From Massalongia carnosa (taxonomy: Eukaryota), in the NCBI GenBank assembly GCA_965645245.1, contig OZ287074.1:310001-374000 (forward strand): a DNA stretch of 64,000 nucleotides. The letters run 5' to 3'. Made by a program: the position numbers and the translations under genes. The notes under the pieces were generated by a model. It was not told the origin of the DNA. It searched no databases and saw only the letters and a list, made by a program, of their open reading frames with translations. Every line of letters begins with the position of its first letter. Within the stretch, counting starts at the first letter, position 1. Shown here in pieces: positions 1 through 11,951 of this stretch.

Positions 1-2
1 CG

Positions 3-2477
3 GGTGCGGCCGATGATTGTTTTACATGCCAGGAGCTTCGGAGGAAATGCGACAGGAAGCGTCCGTATTGTACGCAATGCCTAGATCATGGCAAAGACTG
101 TTCGGGATACAAGACGGCTCTGACCTGGAATGTTGGAGTAGCCAGCAGAGGAAAACTGCGAGGATTATCTTTACCCATAGCTAAGTCGAAGAAAGTGGAG
201 CAAGACCCCGAGCAAAAATCTACCAAGAAGAAAAGCGCTTCCAGTGAAACGACCCAACCTAGCTCCTCGCGCCGCAGCTCACAACTCGCCCCCACTAGCC
301 AGCCTTTCAACGCCATGGACGAGGTTGGCACTACCAGGTACAGTTTTATCACCGTAGATCCTCACTCGTCGACGACCTCACCAATGTTACCTCCCCCAAA
401 CCTTGTGTGGCCCTCACCTTTCCCTCACTCCCCTCACAGAAGTGAAGCACGCCTCCAAAAGCGTGTCAGACGCCACTCACTCCGACCACTTCGAGTGCCC
501 GCATATCATGCTGTGCGAAGTTTCGAGGGGTTACCAATGTCGGCGCATGCCTTGGGCGGTTATACCAACCATGAATTTGAGGGTTCTGTTGAATGCTCGC
601 CCACAGTCTCATCATTTGCGGGATTTGAGCCAACCTACAAGGACTGCGCTGCGACCGCCATCCTTTCCAATCCTTTCGAAAGTTACTTCTTCGATGGACA
701 TGAGACGGTTGGATGGCCAAGAGATAACATGAGTTCAAGCTTTAGTTCGGGCCGGAGCAGTGGTGACTACCCTGACGACGAGACATTTTATGCAGATCCT
801 ATTGTTGCAAGTACCTTGGATGATATTTTATCTACACAGCATGCCCTAAACCATCACGATCTGGTTATTGATGGGTTTGGAGGAAGCACCGATGACACAG
901 ACAACGTCAAGTTTCGCATCCAGGGACCATCGTCAAGCTTGGTCACTGATGACTGTGGAGCTCACCCAAGGTTGAACTTTCCCAGGTCCCTTCCGTCTGT
1001 CGTTGCTGGAAAAACGTCTAGCCTACAAGGACTGATCGATTACTACGACAAGGTCATCTCTCCCGTTATTGTTGCATTCGATAGCCCCTCAACCCATTAT
1101 CGATCTCACATTTTACGGTTAGCTGTAGAAAGCGAGACCCTCCAGCATGCCATTGCTGCTTTATCCGCCAACAATATAAGGCAGAGGAGAGCTTGCCACA
1201 CGCCATCCAGCAACAGAAGCAGAACGGGTATGGCGACGTCTCCACACGGTCGCTCTATCAGAAGATCTTCCATGGCTTATACAGTGATCAATACCGGTCT
1301 GGGTCACTTTTCGCAAGTAAACCCCGAAGAACCTTCGGTAGAGGAACTTTACCATAAAGGAGCTTCTATAAAAAGTTTGAACGAAGAACTTGCGGACCCT
1401 TCAAGGCGAATGGATGATTCCATCCTTGCGACCCTTCTAATCCTCTGTCTTTACCATGTCTCTGATACCGGCGTGGCAAAATTCAAGACCCGATTTTTAG
1501 GGGTGAAGAAGATCCTTTCCTTTCGGGGCTGCATGTCAGGAACTATTTCCAAGGCGACAACATGGCTCACCATTTTGTTTACCTGGTTTGATGAGCTGAC
1601 AGCGACGATGAATAGCCGAGATGGACCCCTTCGAAGTAACGATATCAACATGAGTATCGGCGACGGCGACGTATGGGCTTTGAAGAACCTTGTAGGTTGC
1701 GATGCTCAGCTCTTTCAAATTCTTTCTAAGCTAGGGCGCCTCAACCTTCTCAACCAAAACAGACCTGTGCAAGACGCATTCTCCGGGGCGCCAAACGCCA
1801 AGATTGGCCCTCTGTCAATTCCTACTCCAAAGACCCAAGACTACTACAGCATGAACTACCAACGCTTCGATGGAAACGGATGGTCTAACCTTCACGATCT
1901 TGAAGTGGCTTTGGATGAAACCGAGACACCCGCGCAGTTTTGGACGGAATGGAGTGACATTCGCAAAAAGCTTCGGGACTGGCAGCTTCCAACGCCCATG
2001 TCGACACTTACAGGCTCTGACACGGGAAAGGGAAGTCAAGTTGACTTGGCGAATATCTCGGAATCATTCCGCTACTCTGCACTTCTCTACACCGAGAGAC
2101 TCGCTTTTCCACACTTACCATCCGCGCATCCAAATTTCCAGAACTTGGTGAACCAAGCTCTTCACCATATCGGAAATGTTGAGTCTGACGTTTTCCTCCT
2201 TTGGCCTTTATTCATTAGCAGCGCCGGGTGCGTCACCGAGCAACGGCGTTTGTTGATCCGACAGCGTTGTCTGGAGGTCCAGAAGGACTCGGAAGTTTTC
2301 AACAGTATTTCTTGTCTGGACCTGCTGCAGAAAGCATGGCAAGATGATGGTGTGGCCGATTGCGAAAACGATTTCGGCTCTGTACTTGATGAGTCGACTG
2401 GCATGAACATGGGGTGGCACGGGTCTAGATGGGGGAAGGGAATAGAACGGGTGGATGGCGAGTATATAGCTGTTTGA
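3..2477 (+). CDS. Zn(II)2Cys6 fungal transcription factor, Acr-2-like (5' end outside window)
   Basis: Frame is open from base 3: CFTCQELRRKCDRKRPYCTQCLDHGKDC Zn2Cys6 cluster followed by LTWNVGVASRGKLRG, continuous with ORF 195..2477 carrying a fungal TF-specific C-terminal domain (YYDKVISPVIVAFD, LLWPLFI). Confidence 0.85.
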   Translation, partial: GAADDCFTCQELRRKCDRKRPYCTQCLDHGKDCSGYKTALTWNVGVASRGKLRGLSLPIAKSKKVEQDPEQKSTKKKSASSETTQPSSSRRSSQLAPTSQPFNAMDEVGTTRYSFITVDPHSSTTSPMLPPPNLVWPSPFPHSPHRSEARLQKRVRRHSLRPLRVPAYHAVRSFEGLPMSAHALGGYTNHEFEGSVECSPTVSSFAGFEPTYKDCAATAILSNPFESYFFDGHETVGWPRDNMSSSFSSGRSSGDYPDDETFYADPIVASTLDDILSTQHALNHHDLVIDGFGGSTDDTDNVKFRIQGPSSSLVTDDCGAHPRLNFPRSLPSVVAGKTSSLQGLIDYYDKVISPVIVAFDSPSTHYRSHILRLAVESETLQHAIAALSANNIRQRRACHTPSSNRSRTGMATSPHGRSIRRSSMAYTVINTGLGHFSQVNPEEPSVEELYHKGASIKSLNEELADPSRRMDDSILATLLILCLYHVSDTGVAKFKTRFLGVKKILSFRGCMSGTISKATTWLTILFTWFDELTATMNSRDGPLRSNDINMSIGDGDVWALKNLVGCDAQLFQILSKLGRLNLLNQNRPVQDAFSGAPNAKIGPLSIPTPKTQDYYSMNYQRFDGNGWSNLHDLEVALDETETPAQFWTEWSDIRKKLRDWQLPTPMSTLTGSDTGKGSQVDLANISESFRYSALLYTERLAFPHLPSAHPNFQNLVNQALHHIGNVESDVFLLWPLFISSAGCVTEQRRLLIRQRCLEVQKDSEVFNSISCLDLLQKAWQDDGVADCENDFGSVLDESTGMNMGWHGSRWGKGIERVDGEYIAV

Positions 2478-2847
2478 TGCTGGAGGACTGCACGTGGGTT
2501 GTTTATTTGTATTCTTCAAGTAATTCATTCGATACACATACTTTGGTCAAGTATCGTATCGACATTTACGAGATAACCATTTTCATATTACTCTGTACAG
2601 ATGTCGTGATACGAGGAGCGGGTGAGGTCATGAAACGGATCTGACAAAGCAAGGCGCACGCTAGTCTCGTCTCGGCGTTAAACCTTAGGGCTTTTGATTT
2701 CCCCTTTGCCCTATTGGCCAATGCGACCAAACCCTAGAGCGACTCATTGACGATGATTTCTAATCCACTCGTAATTCCAGGTCCGGTATCATCACTCTGC
2801 TCCACAATGCACCACATCAATCCCCTTCTTTTCCTTTTCACTTCCAC

Positions 2848-3909
2848 ATGCACCCTGCCCCTCGCCTCCTATCCATCCTATCGCACCTGAATCCGCTGCC
2901 TAAAATGCCCGCCCCATTCGCCATAATCGCTGGCGTCGGCCCCGGCACCGGCGCCTCCGTGGCCCGGAAGTTCGCCGCCGCGTACCCGGTCGTCCTGCTC
3001 GCTCGGAACTCAGCCAATTACGAAGACGTAGTGGCTGAAATCAACAAATCCGGGGGCAAAGCTGTGGGGATTCGCACCGACGTGTCGGACGAAGGGAGCG
3101 TGAAGAGCGCGTTCGAGACGATCGAGAAGGGGGTATTTGGCGGCACGGAAGGGAGTGGGGACTTGGCGGCTGCCGTGTTCAATGTGGGGGGTGGATATTT
3201 GAGGAAACCGTTTTTGGAGCTGACGAGAGAGGAGTTTGAAGGCGGGTGGAAGGGCAATGGGTGAGTGTTTTTTTTTCTTCTCTTTTTCCTTTCCTTTCCC
3301 TTTCCTTTGACTAGAAATCAAAAACCAAAAAAAATACTGTAATGCCTACAATTGTTCCAAGTCCATGCGATCAATCATACAGCTAACCCCTTCCTAAAAG
3401 ACTAGGGGGCTACCTCTTCTCCCGCGCCACGCTCCCGCTGCTCCTCTCCACCGTCGCCGCCTCTCCGGCCCCCAAGCACCCGCCCACCCTTGTCTTCACT
3501 GGCGCCACGGCCTCGGTCCGTGGTGCCGCCTTGACTTCCTCCTTCGCCACGGGCAAAACAGCATTGAGGGCGCTGACGCAGAGTCTAGCGAAGGAGTTCG
3601 GGCCCAAGGGCGTGCATGTCGCGCACGCGATTATCGATGGGGTGATTGATATTCCGCGGACCAAGGGGTATGTGTTTGAGCATGAAGATGCGAAAATCGA
3701 CGCCGATGCGGTGAGTACTTGCCTTTTTTTCTCTGTCTGTCGGCTCGGGAAGACGAAGAGGGTTAGGATGTCGAATTTAGTTGCGGACGTTGTGGCTGAT
3801 TTGAGGGGATTTCTCCTAGATTGCGGATGCATACTGGTATTTGCATACGCAGCCCCGAACTACATTCACATGGGAAATCGACATCAGGCCGTATGTGGAA
3901 AAATGGTAA
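2848..3909 (+). CDS. Short-chain dehydrogenase/reductase (3 exons; start 2848 or 2905)
   Basis: IAGVGPGTG Rossmann motif, FTGATASVRG, SFATGKTALRALTQSLAKEFGPKGVHVAH. Introns approx. 3261-3405 and 3711-3819; last exon IADAYWYLHTQPRTTFTWEIDIRPYVEKW*. Confidence 0.9.
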
Positions 3910-4884
3910 TCTGTAAGACGGAACCAGAAAGCGCTAGCTTATTGCCTTTCCGCGTGTTATTCCACCTGCTATTCTACCTGTTATTTCATTTGCGATCCAT
4001 CTCTCACCCCAACCATCACCGCAAACTGCAAAAGTCCAATGGACGTGTTTTGCGAGGTCATACGGTTATGCATGCAAAGATCATCTGTCTACTACTTTAA
4101 TTGTTACTTCTTTGCTACTTCATTTATTACATAACTCATTTACTACCGCAATTATTGTTGCATCAAATTTTGTTGAATAGGTCTATGACTATGGCTATAT
4201 GACTATGTAAAGATAGGGGCCTGTATGACCATGATGTTAAGGATGCAGAGTTGCCACGGAGTGCAGAGCAATCTGTTCCTTTTATGTTGGTCACCTCTGC
4301 TAAGCGAGATGATAATAGTTTATCCGAGCCTCTATGCGATTAGATTAGATCTGATCTTATCTAATCTATCGGCTAGGCAATGCTGGTAGAAGTTGAACAT
4401 TCAACAAATTTTGATGTGATTCAGCTCAGCTATTTTTCTCTTTTTACCGCGCTTTCGGGGTTCAAAGTACAATACATTATTCTGCAAAAGCAAAGTAGCC
4501 GAGCCCCTGTCCCATATCAGATTTCTGTACTTTGATAGAATAAGAGTTTTCTTTTGAATCTTCTACTAACTTCTCGGCGTGCAAATAAATTATGCAGACG
4601 AGCATAACTCGTGCGCAGCTGACACGGCCCATGCAGACCATATTGAGGTAACCCGACACGAGTAGGAAGAGGAGTTCTTAATTAAAATGTAAGTGAGTAC
4701 GCGTGGATGACTCCATGCTAGACGCCTTAAGGCCATGCATGGCATACTGCTTACTGCTTGCTACTTGCTGACGCCACGGTGGACTCTTTACAATTATATA
4801 TAAAATACCGGCATTCCGCTCAAACAAAAACCTCCCTCCCTGCAGTTCCCAACCCCAAAGTCTCAACTCAAAACCACCGGCAAG

Positions 4885-5645
4885 ATGTCAAAGATGTTCT
4901 CCCTAGCTACGCTCATTCTCTATGCCTCTGCACCCTATGCCCAAGCTGCTGCTGTTTCAGCCCCCGCAGCCGAAAAGGTCTACCCTGAAGTCGTTCCCGG
5001 CCCAGGCTTGCCCAGTCTTGCGTCACTTGGACTTACCTCTACCGAGCTATATCAGAGTAAGGATGATTGATCATCCACCGCATCTCCGCTGCGACCCCGT
5101 TTCATCAGAATAACAGCTCCGTCTACAGTGACGCCGAAAGTCGACAGTCAACTCTCTATTGACTACACACTCTTCAACGCTTCCTGCGGCGGGGGAAGAG
5201 GCGGCACGGCTAACGTCGATGATGTGATTGCATGCTTCAACTACCTCGTGAGCATCGGTAACAACAAATGCACGATCCCTAGCGACAATGAGCAGCACGT
5301 AATGTGTATTGCCGGAATTGCCCAGGTCTTAGGATACGACCAAATCAGCCATGCTACCACCTCATCTTGGTAAAGAAAAACCCTGTTACATTTATGTCTA
5401 CGTAGTTAACGCTTGTCAAAAAAAAAGAAAAAAACAGTTACGATGTAGCTCTGGCCATTCAATGGATCTTCACCCACTGTAATACCAATGGCCAGGTTTG
5501 AGGGTAAGGATTTTTTTTCGATGTCCTTTTAAGCTATATATATGCAGAATTGGATTTATGTGACTAATGCAAAAAAAAACCCCCAAGCAACCAAGCAGCG
5601 AATGGAAACGGTGGTCTTGTCGTTATCGCGGGAAGCAGGACATGA
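4885..5645 (+). pseudogene. Small secreted cysteine-rich protein, 4 exons, with in-frame TGA at 5499-5501 (pseudogene or truncated allele)
   Basis: Signal-peptide-like N-terminus, YPEVVPGPGLPSLASLGLT motif, 6 Cys. Introns 5057-5127, 5370-5437, 5504-5587; exon 3 reads ...HCNTNGQV*G and exon 4 continues NQAANGNGGLVVIAGSRT*. Confidence 0.6.
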
Positions 5646-6677
5646 GAAAAGTATGATCGGGGGCCGTTGAAAGTGCAAAGTAAACACAGCTAGGTAGTTT
5701 TTGTTATTTCGCCTTCTGCGGACCTAAAAGGCGATTAATATTTACGCTTGAGAACATTTAAACTAGTCGTTCATTTTAAACAAGTTGAAGCTTCAAGCAA
5801 CCTGTGCTCTTCACTCCTCTATGCGGGTTCCAGCCAGAATGGGTTAAAAGGCGGCTTAGGATCGGGGCAAGGGGATAGAAGGGCAATCCATGAGACATTT
5901 GGCTTTTTGCTTGCCCCGTTACGTCCCCCCCCCCCAGGACCGGGCGGTGGGGTGGTGTGGCCAATTGGCGGAATGGATATGTATGGTATGAATGAATTGG
6001 GAGGGGGACGGCGAGGATTGGTGGGTGGATGGGAGTGGCACGTAAAAGTGCCGAGACAGAGAGAAAATGAAGCGATTGATAGGAAGAGCGACGTGTTCCA
6101 TGAAGATATATAACCGTGATCCTTGGGCTGGAGAACGAACGGGACATGCAAACAGCGAAAGGTCAAAGCATACCATGCAACACACGTGATGTCCGGGGAT
6201 ATCCCCCGAGTCTGGGGGGATTCTCTCTCTCTCCCGTCGCCGTGTCCCGAATTACCCATCGGATCCTATCTTTTACCAGTACGGAATATAGCTCGCAATT
6301 GGTGAACGTCGACGTAACTCTCACGATCGGTCTGTATGGAATGACATGAAAAGAAGCATAATGAATGACCTTTGCTTGCTCCTGAGCAGGTTGAATGGAG
6401 GTGGAAAACCAAAAGTCAAAGAGGGGGGCTGAGCGATTACGTTGGACGGGAGAGAACTAGGGGGGAACTAAGCCTTGCGAAGGGTCTGGGAAGTAAATCG
6501 AAATGGAAATCACCACCGGAAAGGGTAAACGGGAGAGGAAGAAGGGGAGTTTTTTTCGGAGCTTGATTAGTTTTAGGAGTGATGTGTGTGATATGCAGCA
6601 AAATACAAGACCCCGAGTATGAACCTTGAAATAGTCACTCCGACAATCGCAAAAAGATATTACCGTGAATGCTCCTT

Positions 6678-7842
6678 TCATCCTCTCACTGACTGGAAAA
6701 TCTTCATCGTGTGGTCCCATATCGTCTCGCCCGCCCCCTTTTGCCTCAGTTCCTGCAAGGCGTTGTCGTTAGCCCTCCTCTCCCCATCCGATCCGACAAG
6801 ATAAGCGCCGCTCCCCACTTCACCAGCGCTCCCTGTCTTGATCGCTTCGCCTCCCGCCTCAACGCCGCCATCGTTCTCTCGAGCCGGGTAGACACCGCTA
6901 GTGGCTGCGTACAAATGCCTCTCTCCGCTCTCGGTAATGTCTATTGTCCAGGGCCCTATAAGGGCGTATATCAGCTTACCTCCCAATCTTATCAAGGGTC
7001 CGGTTTCTTTGATGAATCCTGTTTTTACGGCCCCCGGGAAGGTATGCACAAACGAGACTGTCGGATGTTTCTTAGCTGCTTCTTCAAAACAAAAATCAGT
7101 CATCGTTATGGCGTGCAGAGCCGCTTTCTTCAAGGTAAAGTCTCGTTTTAGATCCAAGTTTTGGAGGTCGAGAGCGGTGGACTCTTCGCCTGGAGACAAG
7201 ACTGAAACCACGCGTGAGAGTCCAGGCGAAGAAGCTGTAAGAAGCGGTAGAAGCTGTTGGGTGAAGCGAAGGCGAGAGTAGAAGTTTGTCGTCAACTTTC
7301 GGTCCAGACCTTCCGAAGTTTCTGTCCGCCACGACGATCAGCGATACCCAAGGCATTCACGTGGATCAATGAATTTCTACCATCTCTACCCTTCAATGAC
7401 ATAGTCCCCTGCGACATGAAAAGAAGATTGAGGTTCTTCTCGTTCGCCTTGATCTCATCACAGACTTCATCGACACTTTTAAGTAGCGAAAGGTCTTTCT
7501 TGATGAACGTCAGCTGACCGCCTGGATGAGTAGCCTGAAGTTCGGAGATGATTCGATTCGCTGCCTCTTCATTTCTAGAGGTACGTTTGGCATTGGTGGC
7601 AGAACGCAGAGATATGTGATACCTACCTTCCGACAAAATAGACGCGGGGTTTGGTTGTTTGGCGGTAAAACTGCTTTAATGTGCTTTCACTAATACCGCT
7701 TGTTGCGCCAACTGGATCAATGGTCAAACTCTCGCTACGTGCGTATTGAGTAGGTTTGAAACATACCAAAAAGAGCTACCAATCCAGGGGGGAGAGTCTT
7801 AAGTTTGGCGTTGGAAGCCCGGATTACGTCCAGGGTGACCAT
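6678..7842 (-). CDS. Short-chain dehydrogenase/reductase (multi-exon)
   Basis: ATG at 7842 MVTLDVIRASNAKLKTLPPGLVALF, then VGATSGIS, DLSLLKSVDEVC, EGLDRKLTTNFYSRLRF, FVHTFPGAVKT; canonical introns join the ORF fragments. Confidence 0.85.
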
Positions 7843-8454
7843 CTCCAGCTATGTATTTAACTGTTGAGAGGCGCCGACTAAACCGACGGCTGTAAGACCT
7901 AGCTAGGTACAGTATAAACTGGTGATAGATGCACGCACGCGGTCCTTGATGCTCAGTATACGGTTGATTATTGTCCTTCTACGCAAGAAGAGGAAGGGAA
8001 GGAGGATGGGATATAAGTTAGTTGGAATGAACGCCCGTTCGTCCAAGCCGAGATTGCCGATCGCGCCTCTCGCTGCGTTCGGCCGTCCAGTCGGGTCGTT
8101 GCGCATAATAACTACCACTAATCACGTGTCCAAGGATAGTTAAACCTTATAGCTTCCCGGAAGGCTTATTTTCCGAACCCCAGGCTCAGGGTCTTCTCAG
8201 CTCCGGAATCCGGCACTTGATGCTCCGATTCTCAGCCATTTCCAAGCCACTTTCAAGCCACCTTTATTTACCCTTTTTGTCCTAGGTCCTAGGGGCAACC
8301 TCAAAGCACAATGCTCGGCTTCCAAAAGGAGGAAAGAGGAAAACCAAAAGAACCGAAAGAGTCGCAAACCTCCTATCATTAACTTCTTCCAGTTCAGTGT
8401 TCGCTTTCAGTTGAGGCAACTTCAAGTCAATAGAAATACATACCTTGATGCGCA

Positions 8455-9162
8455 ATGGCGTTATGTTCTAATCGCCCTGAAGGCTTTGTAGGTAACGGTA
8501 CAAAGTAGAATAGTCAGTAAATCAAACCTAATACCTTCTAGGGGCCCATCTCTCGAATGTATTCCCATAGCCTTACCTCCTGCTTCCTGGATACAATCCT
8601 GATTCCGCTCTGCACATGGCTATACCTCTTAGCAATCATCAAGCTCGTCGTCATTTCGACGCTCATCAAACCTCAGAAGCGGAAGTCCCTCGGGGATGGA
8701 GTATTCTACACGGACGTTACCCTTGGAGTCCCAAGCTCCGGAGCGCCAGTTGGCTCCAAGCCGGGCAGAAGACCCAGCAGAATGCGCTTTGTGGTTATCA
8801 TACTCTACTACCTCCTCCTCGTCGCACAGTTTCTCATGTGCGTGCTGGAGATGGTTCGCCTCGCCCTGGCTCACCTTGGGATCGGCCTACTCCCGTTTAC
8901 GCTCGTTTCCGTGGTTGTGGCTGGCACGCTTCGGTTTTCCAAGGGATTCCACAATCGGATTCGTGGATGGCGCTGGGCAAATCTGGGTATATGGATCGCG
9001 CTTGCGGTCGCTAATGGTGTCAAACTGTCGGCAGAGCATAAGGAGGGGATTCATGAACGGAAAGGTACCAAATATCCTGTTGTGGATGAGTTTACGGATG
9101 TGGCAGTGATGATCGGAGTATATGTAGCGATAGGGATCCTTGAGGTCTGCTTGAGATCATGA
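8455..9162 (+). CDS. Small multi-pass membrane protein with an N-terminus resembling ABCC/Ycf1 TMD0
   Basis: Exon 8455-8487 (MALCSNRPEGF), intron 8488-8541, then in frame GPISRMYSHSLTSCFLDTILIP...; about 5 hydrophobic segments; stop at 9162. Confidence 0.75.
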
Positions 9163-9830
9163 AATTTCACTTGGCCAATTTCACTTGGCCAATATCTAGA
9201 GGAAACACAGAGCAGAAAAACACAAAATATCTTGGACAATGTCAGCTCCTTGCAATTTTAATTAATCTAACGTTGGAGTAAATAACAAACAATAATGTCA
9301 ATGCATGACGTGGACTTTCTCAAGAACATGGGTACTTGCGGTGTGTGTTTACGTTTCTATTTTGACGTAATTCTAGTTTTGATGCTGAATCTAGAGTACC
9401 AAGGAGGAGAGTACGGAGTACAGAATATTCCATACTCGTGTAATGCCTTGATTTTGTGCAATACGAGGGTGATCGACGCTCATCACGTCACTGGTTATTT
9501 TCCTTGTATTAAAACCCCGCACATACCACGCTAGCTAATAAATATTACGTATCATGGTCAGAATATCATGCACAATCTTGTTCGGTTGTTCCTCGTCTGA
9601 ATCGATGCAGAAAAAAAGATTGTTGTGTCGACGAGGCTGAAAATCCTCCCTAATCCCCTTCAACAACCCCCGTGTTCTTACCCTCAATAGAAAACCCGTC
9701 TCTTATCAGATGTCTTAGGGTTTGTAATTGTCTGATCGAGGCCCCCAATGTGGACGTCGATTAATACCGGCCCCCAAAGCTCCCTTTCCCTTCAGCTTCA
9801 GAACCGTTGAAAACTCAGCCCCCCCAAACA

Positions 9831-10664
9831 ATGAGAGTGTTTGCGGCAATATGTTACTGTATCCTCCTTCCTTGCGTCATTCCTGTGAGATTGAGCTCCG
9901 TCATTCACAAAAAAGCGTCGAAAAAGAAAGCGGCCTGGAAGAATGACGTTCGCCCACTTCCTCGTCGGCGCACGAGCTTATCGTCCACCGCCCCCGCACC
10001 GCAATTGAACTGCGCTCTGCTTGCCCGTTTGCCCTTGGAGCTCCGCCTGGAAATCTACGCCTACGTCTTCGGCGGCACCGTCATCCACCTGATCCAGATC
10101 CCCCGCCGCATCGCCCACACCCGCTGCCGCCTTCGCTCCTCGCCCGATCTCCCCCGCAACTGCCGCCCCGCGACCCGCATGCCTTTGCACCCCTCGTTCG
10201 GCAGCGTCGCCAACGCGAACGTGGCGCTGCTGAAAACCTGCCGGCAGGTCTACGAGGAAGCCGCGCGTATGCTCTACGCCGGGAACACCTTCGACGTCAA
10301 CCAGCTCAGCACCTTCCTTTCCTTCACCCGCACCATCCTGCCTACCCGCCTCGCCGCCATCACGAGCATGCACATGAACCTGGATCTTAGCGGCGTGGTG
10401 CGGGCGCCCGGCTCTCAGGCTGCCCTCAATTGGAATCACAGCTGGCATGTGATCGCCACGAAAATGCCAGGATTGCGAGACCTCGCCCTACGCCTGGCAA
10501 ACGTGTCGCGACCTTCCATACACGGAGAGTGGGTGGCACCGATAGGTGAAATCAGGGGGCTAAAGCGATTTAAGCTAGAGCTAGAGACGAGGTCGGATGA
10601 GCGTGAAGCGGCGGAAGTGGTGCGGCGGTATCTTACACAGTTGCTCCTGAACAAGGAAACTTGA
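9831..10664 (+). CDS. Conserved fungal hypothetical protein with F-box-like motif (DUF7730-type)
   Basis: LARLPLELRLEIYAYVFGG and LLKTCRQVYEEAARMLYAGNTF motifs; GC-rich coding composition; start codon uncertain. Confidence 0.75.
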   Translation: MRVFAAICYCILLPCVIPVRLSSVIHKKASKKKAAWKNDVRPLPRRRTSLSSTAPAPQLNCALLARLPLELRLEIYAYVFGGTVIHLIQIPRRIAHTRCRLRSSPDLPRNCRPATRMPLHPSFGSVANANVALLKTCRQVYEEAARMLYAGNTFDVNQLSTFLSFTRTILPTRLAAITSMHMNLDLSGVVRAPGSQAALNWNHSWHVIATKMPGLRDLALRLANVSRPSIHGEWVAPIGEIRGLKRFKLELETRSDEREAAEVVRRYLTQLLLNKET

Positions 10665-11951
10665 ACATTACAAGAGCCCATGCGCCCGGGGGGGGAGGGG
10701 GGGGGGGTTTCCACGAGGGCGTTTCGTCGTAAGTGAAGGGTGTAAGCGATGCATAAGAGATACGATATAAAGAATGATGAAAATGGTTACGTGGTCGTTT
10801 TCTACCACGATTTGCGAGTTGGTGTCTTCATCGTCTACCCCGAGCTGTTATCTGTTTTGTTGTCGATTGACTTTTAGCTGTTCGCTCCGTTCCCGGCTCC
10901 CTTTATAGCATCAAAACAATATATTTTCCACAAACGGGAATAAACACCCTCCTGAACCCTTCGGAAACCCGTCCGAACCTCCTCCCCTCACCTCCTCATC
11001 CATCGCCATTTTACCCACATCTCCCCTCCTTCCCCTCCCCCACCCATATAAGCATACAAGCCTTCATAGTCCCTTCCCTTTCCCTTTCCCTCAACACACT
11101 ATCTCCCCCCCCCCCCCCCCAAAAGACAAAGAGCTGAATCTCGTCACTAGAAACGGTTTTTGGAAGATTTGTGACCTCAGGTCAAGCCAAGGGCTAAGGG
11201 CCAAGACCGGGGGATATGATATGAAGGGAGTAGCAGTTTTCCACGAGAAGAAGATGGAGGATAAGGGGGAGGGGGAGGGGAAAGGAAGGTTTTGTCTGGT
11301 AGAGAACCCGATTCCGCTCCTTGTCGTTGATAAAATCCCCTCATGATTTCCTTCTAAATAAGCTGGGGCCTTCCTTCCATCCGATCCCAGCGTCAAGACT
11401 TGACCGGATCGATGGTCATCGCCTTCTGGAGTCGACGGGTTCTGTCATTGGCTCTGAGTTGTTTCCATTCAAGACATTATCCATGCCCATTGTGGGCGCA
11501 AAGTGGACTGTTGGCGAAAGAAAGCCTTGCCCCGGCCGTCCGGCTAAAGCTGTTCTTTGCGCCTTCGGGTACAGGAAGGAAGAGTTTGGTTGCTCGACGC
11601 TGAACTTACATCCGGCCCACCGATTGGGCAATCTCGAAAACAAATCATCTGAGAGCTTCTATGTCTACGAGTAGGCTGTGGACAGGAAAGTGAGTGCAGT
11701 TACTTTCCATTACGTGTGTAGAATCGCCAGCTTTGAAAACAAGATATACATCAGAAATCACACGGTGTACCTAAAAATATCAGCACGACACGATCATCAA
11801 GCTGCTTCATGAAGGGGCTCAATGGGTCTACAGCACGACGATGATTAAATCCAAAGTCAGATCGCTTATACAAGAAAAGGTGGTTGTGCGTAAATTCAAC
11901 AGTTCATGTCATAACCTAAGAGTAGATTACGAATAAGTTGAAAAATCCCAT

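Noticed and set aside
4338..4366. GATTAGATTAGAT/ATCTTATCTAATC hairpin
   Set aside because: Simple-repeat-derived palindrome with no supporting context.
5748..6566. Several overlapping 60-146 aa ORFs
   Set aside because: Low-complexity G/P-rich translations in a convergent intergenic region with no recognisable motif.
9163..9192. 14-bp tandem duplication AATTTCACTTGGCC (a similar 14-bp tandem lies at 51755-51782)
   Set aside because: Ordinary slippage duplication; not a CRISPR-like array.
10765..11940. Telomerase RNA or RNase MRP/P call
   Set aside because: No template complementary to 1.5 TTAGGG repeats on either strand and no convincing CR-I/CR-V pair; kept only as an unassigned candidate.
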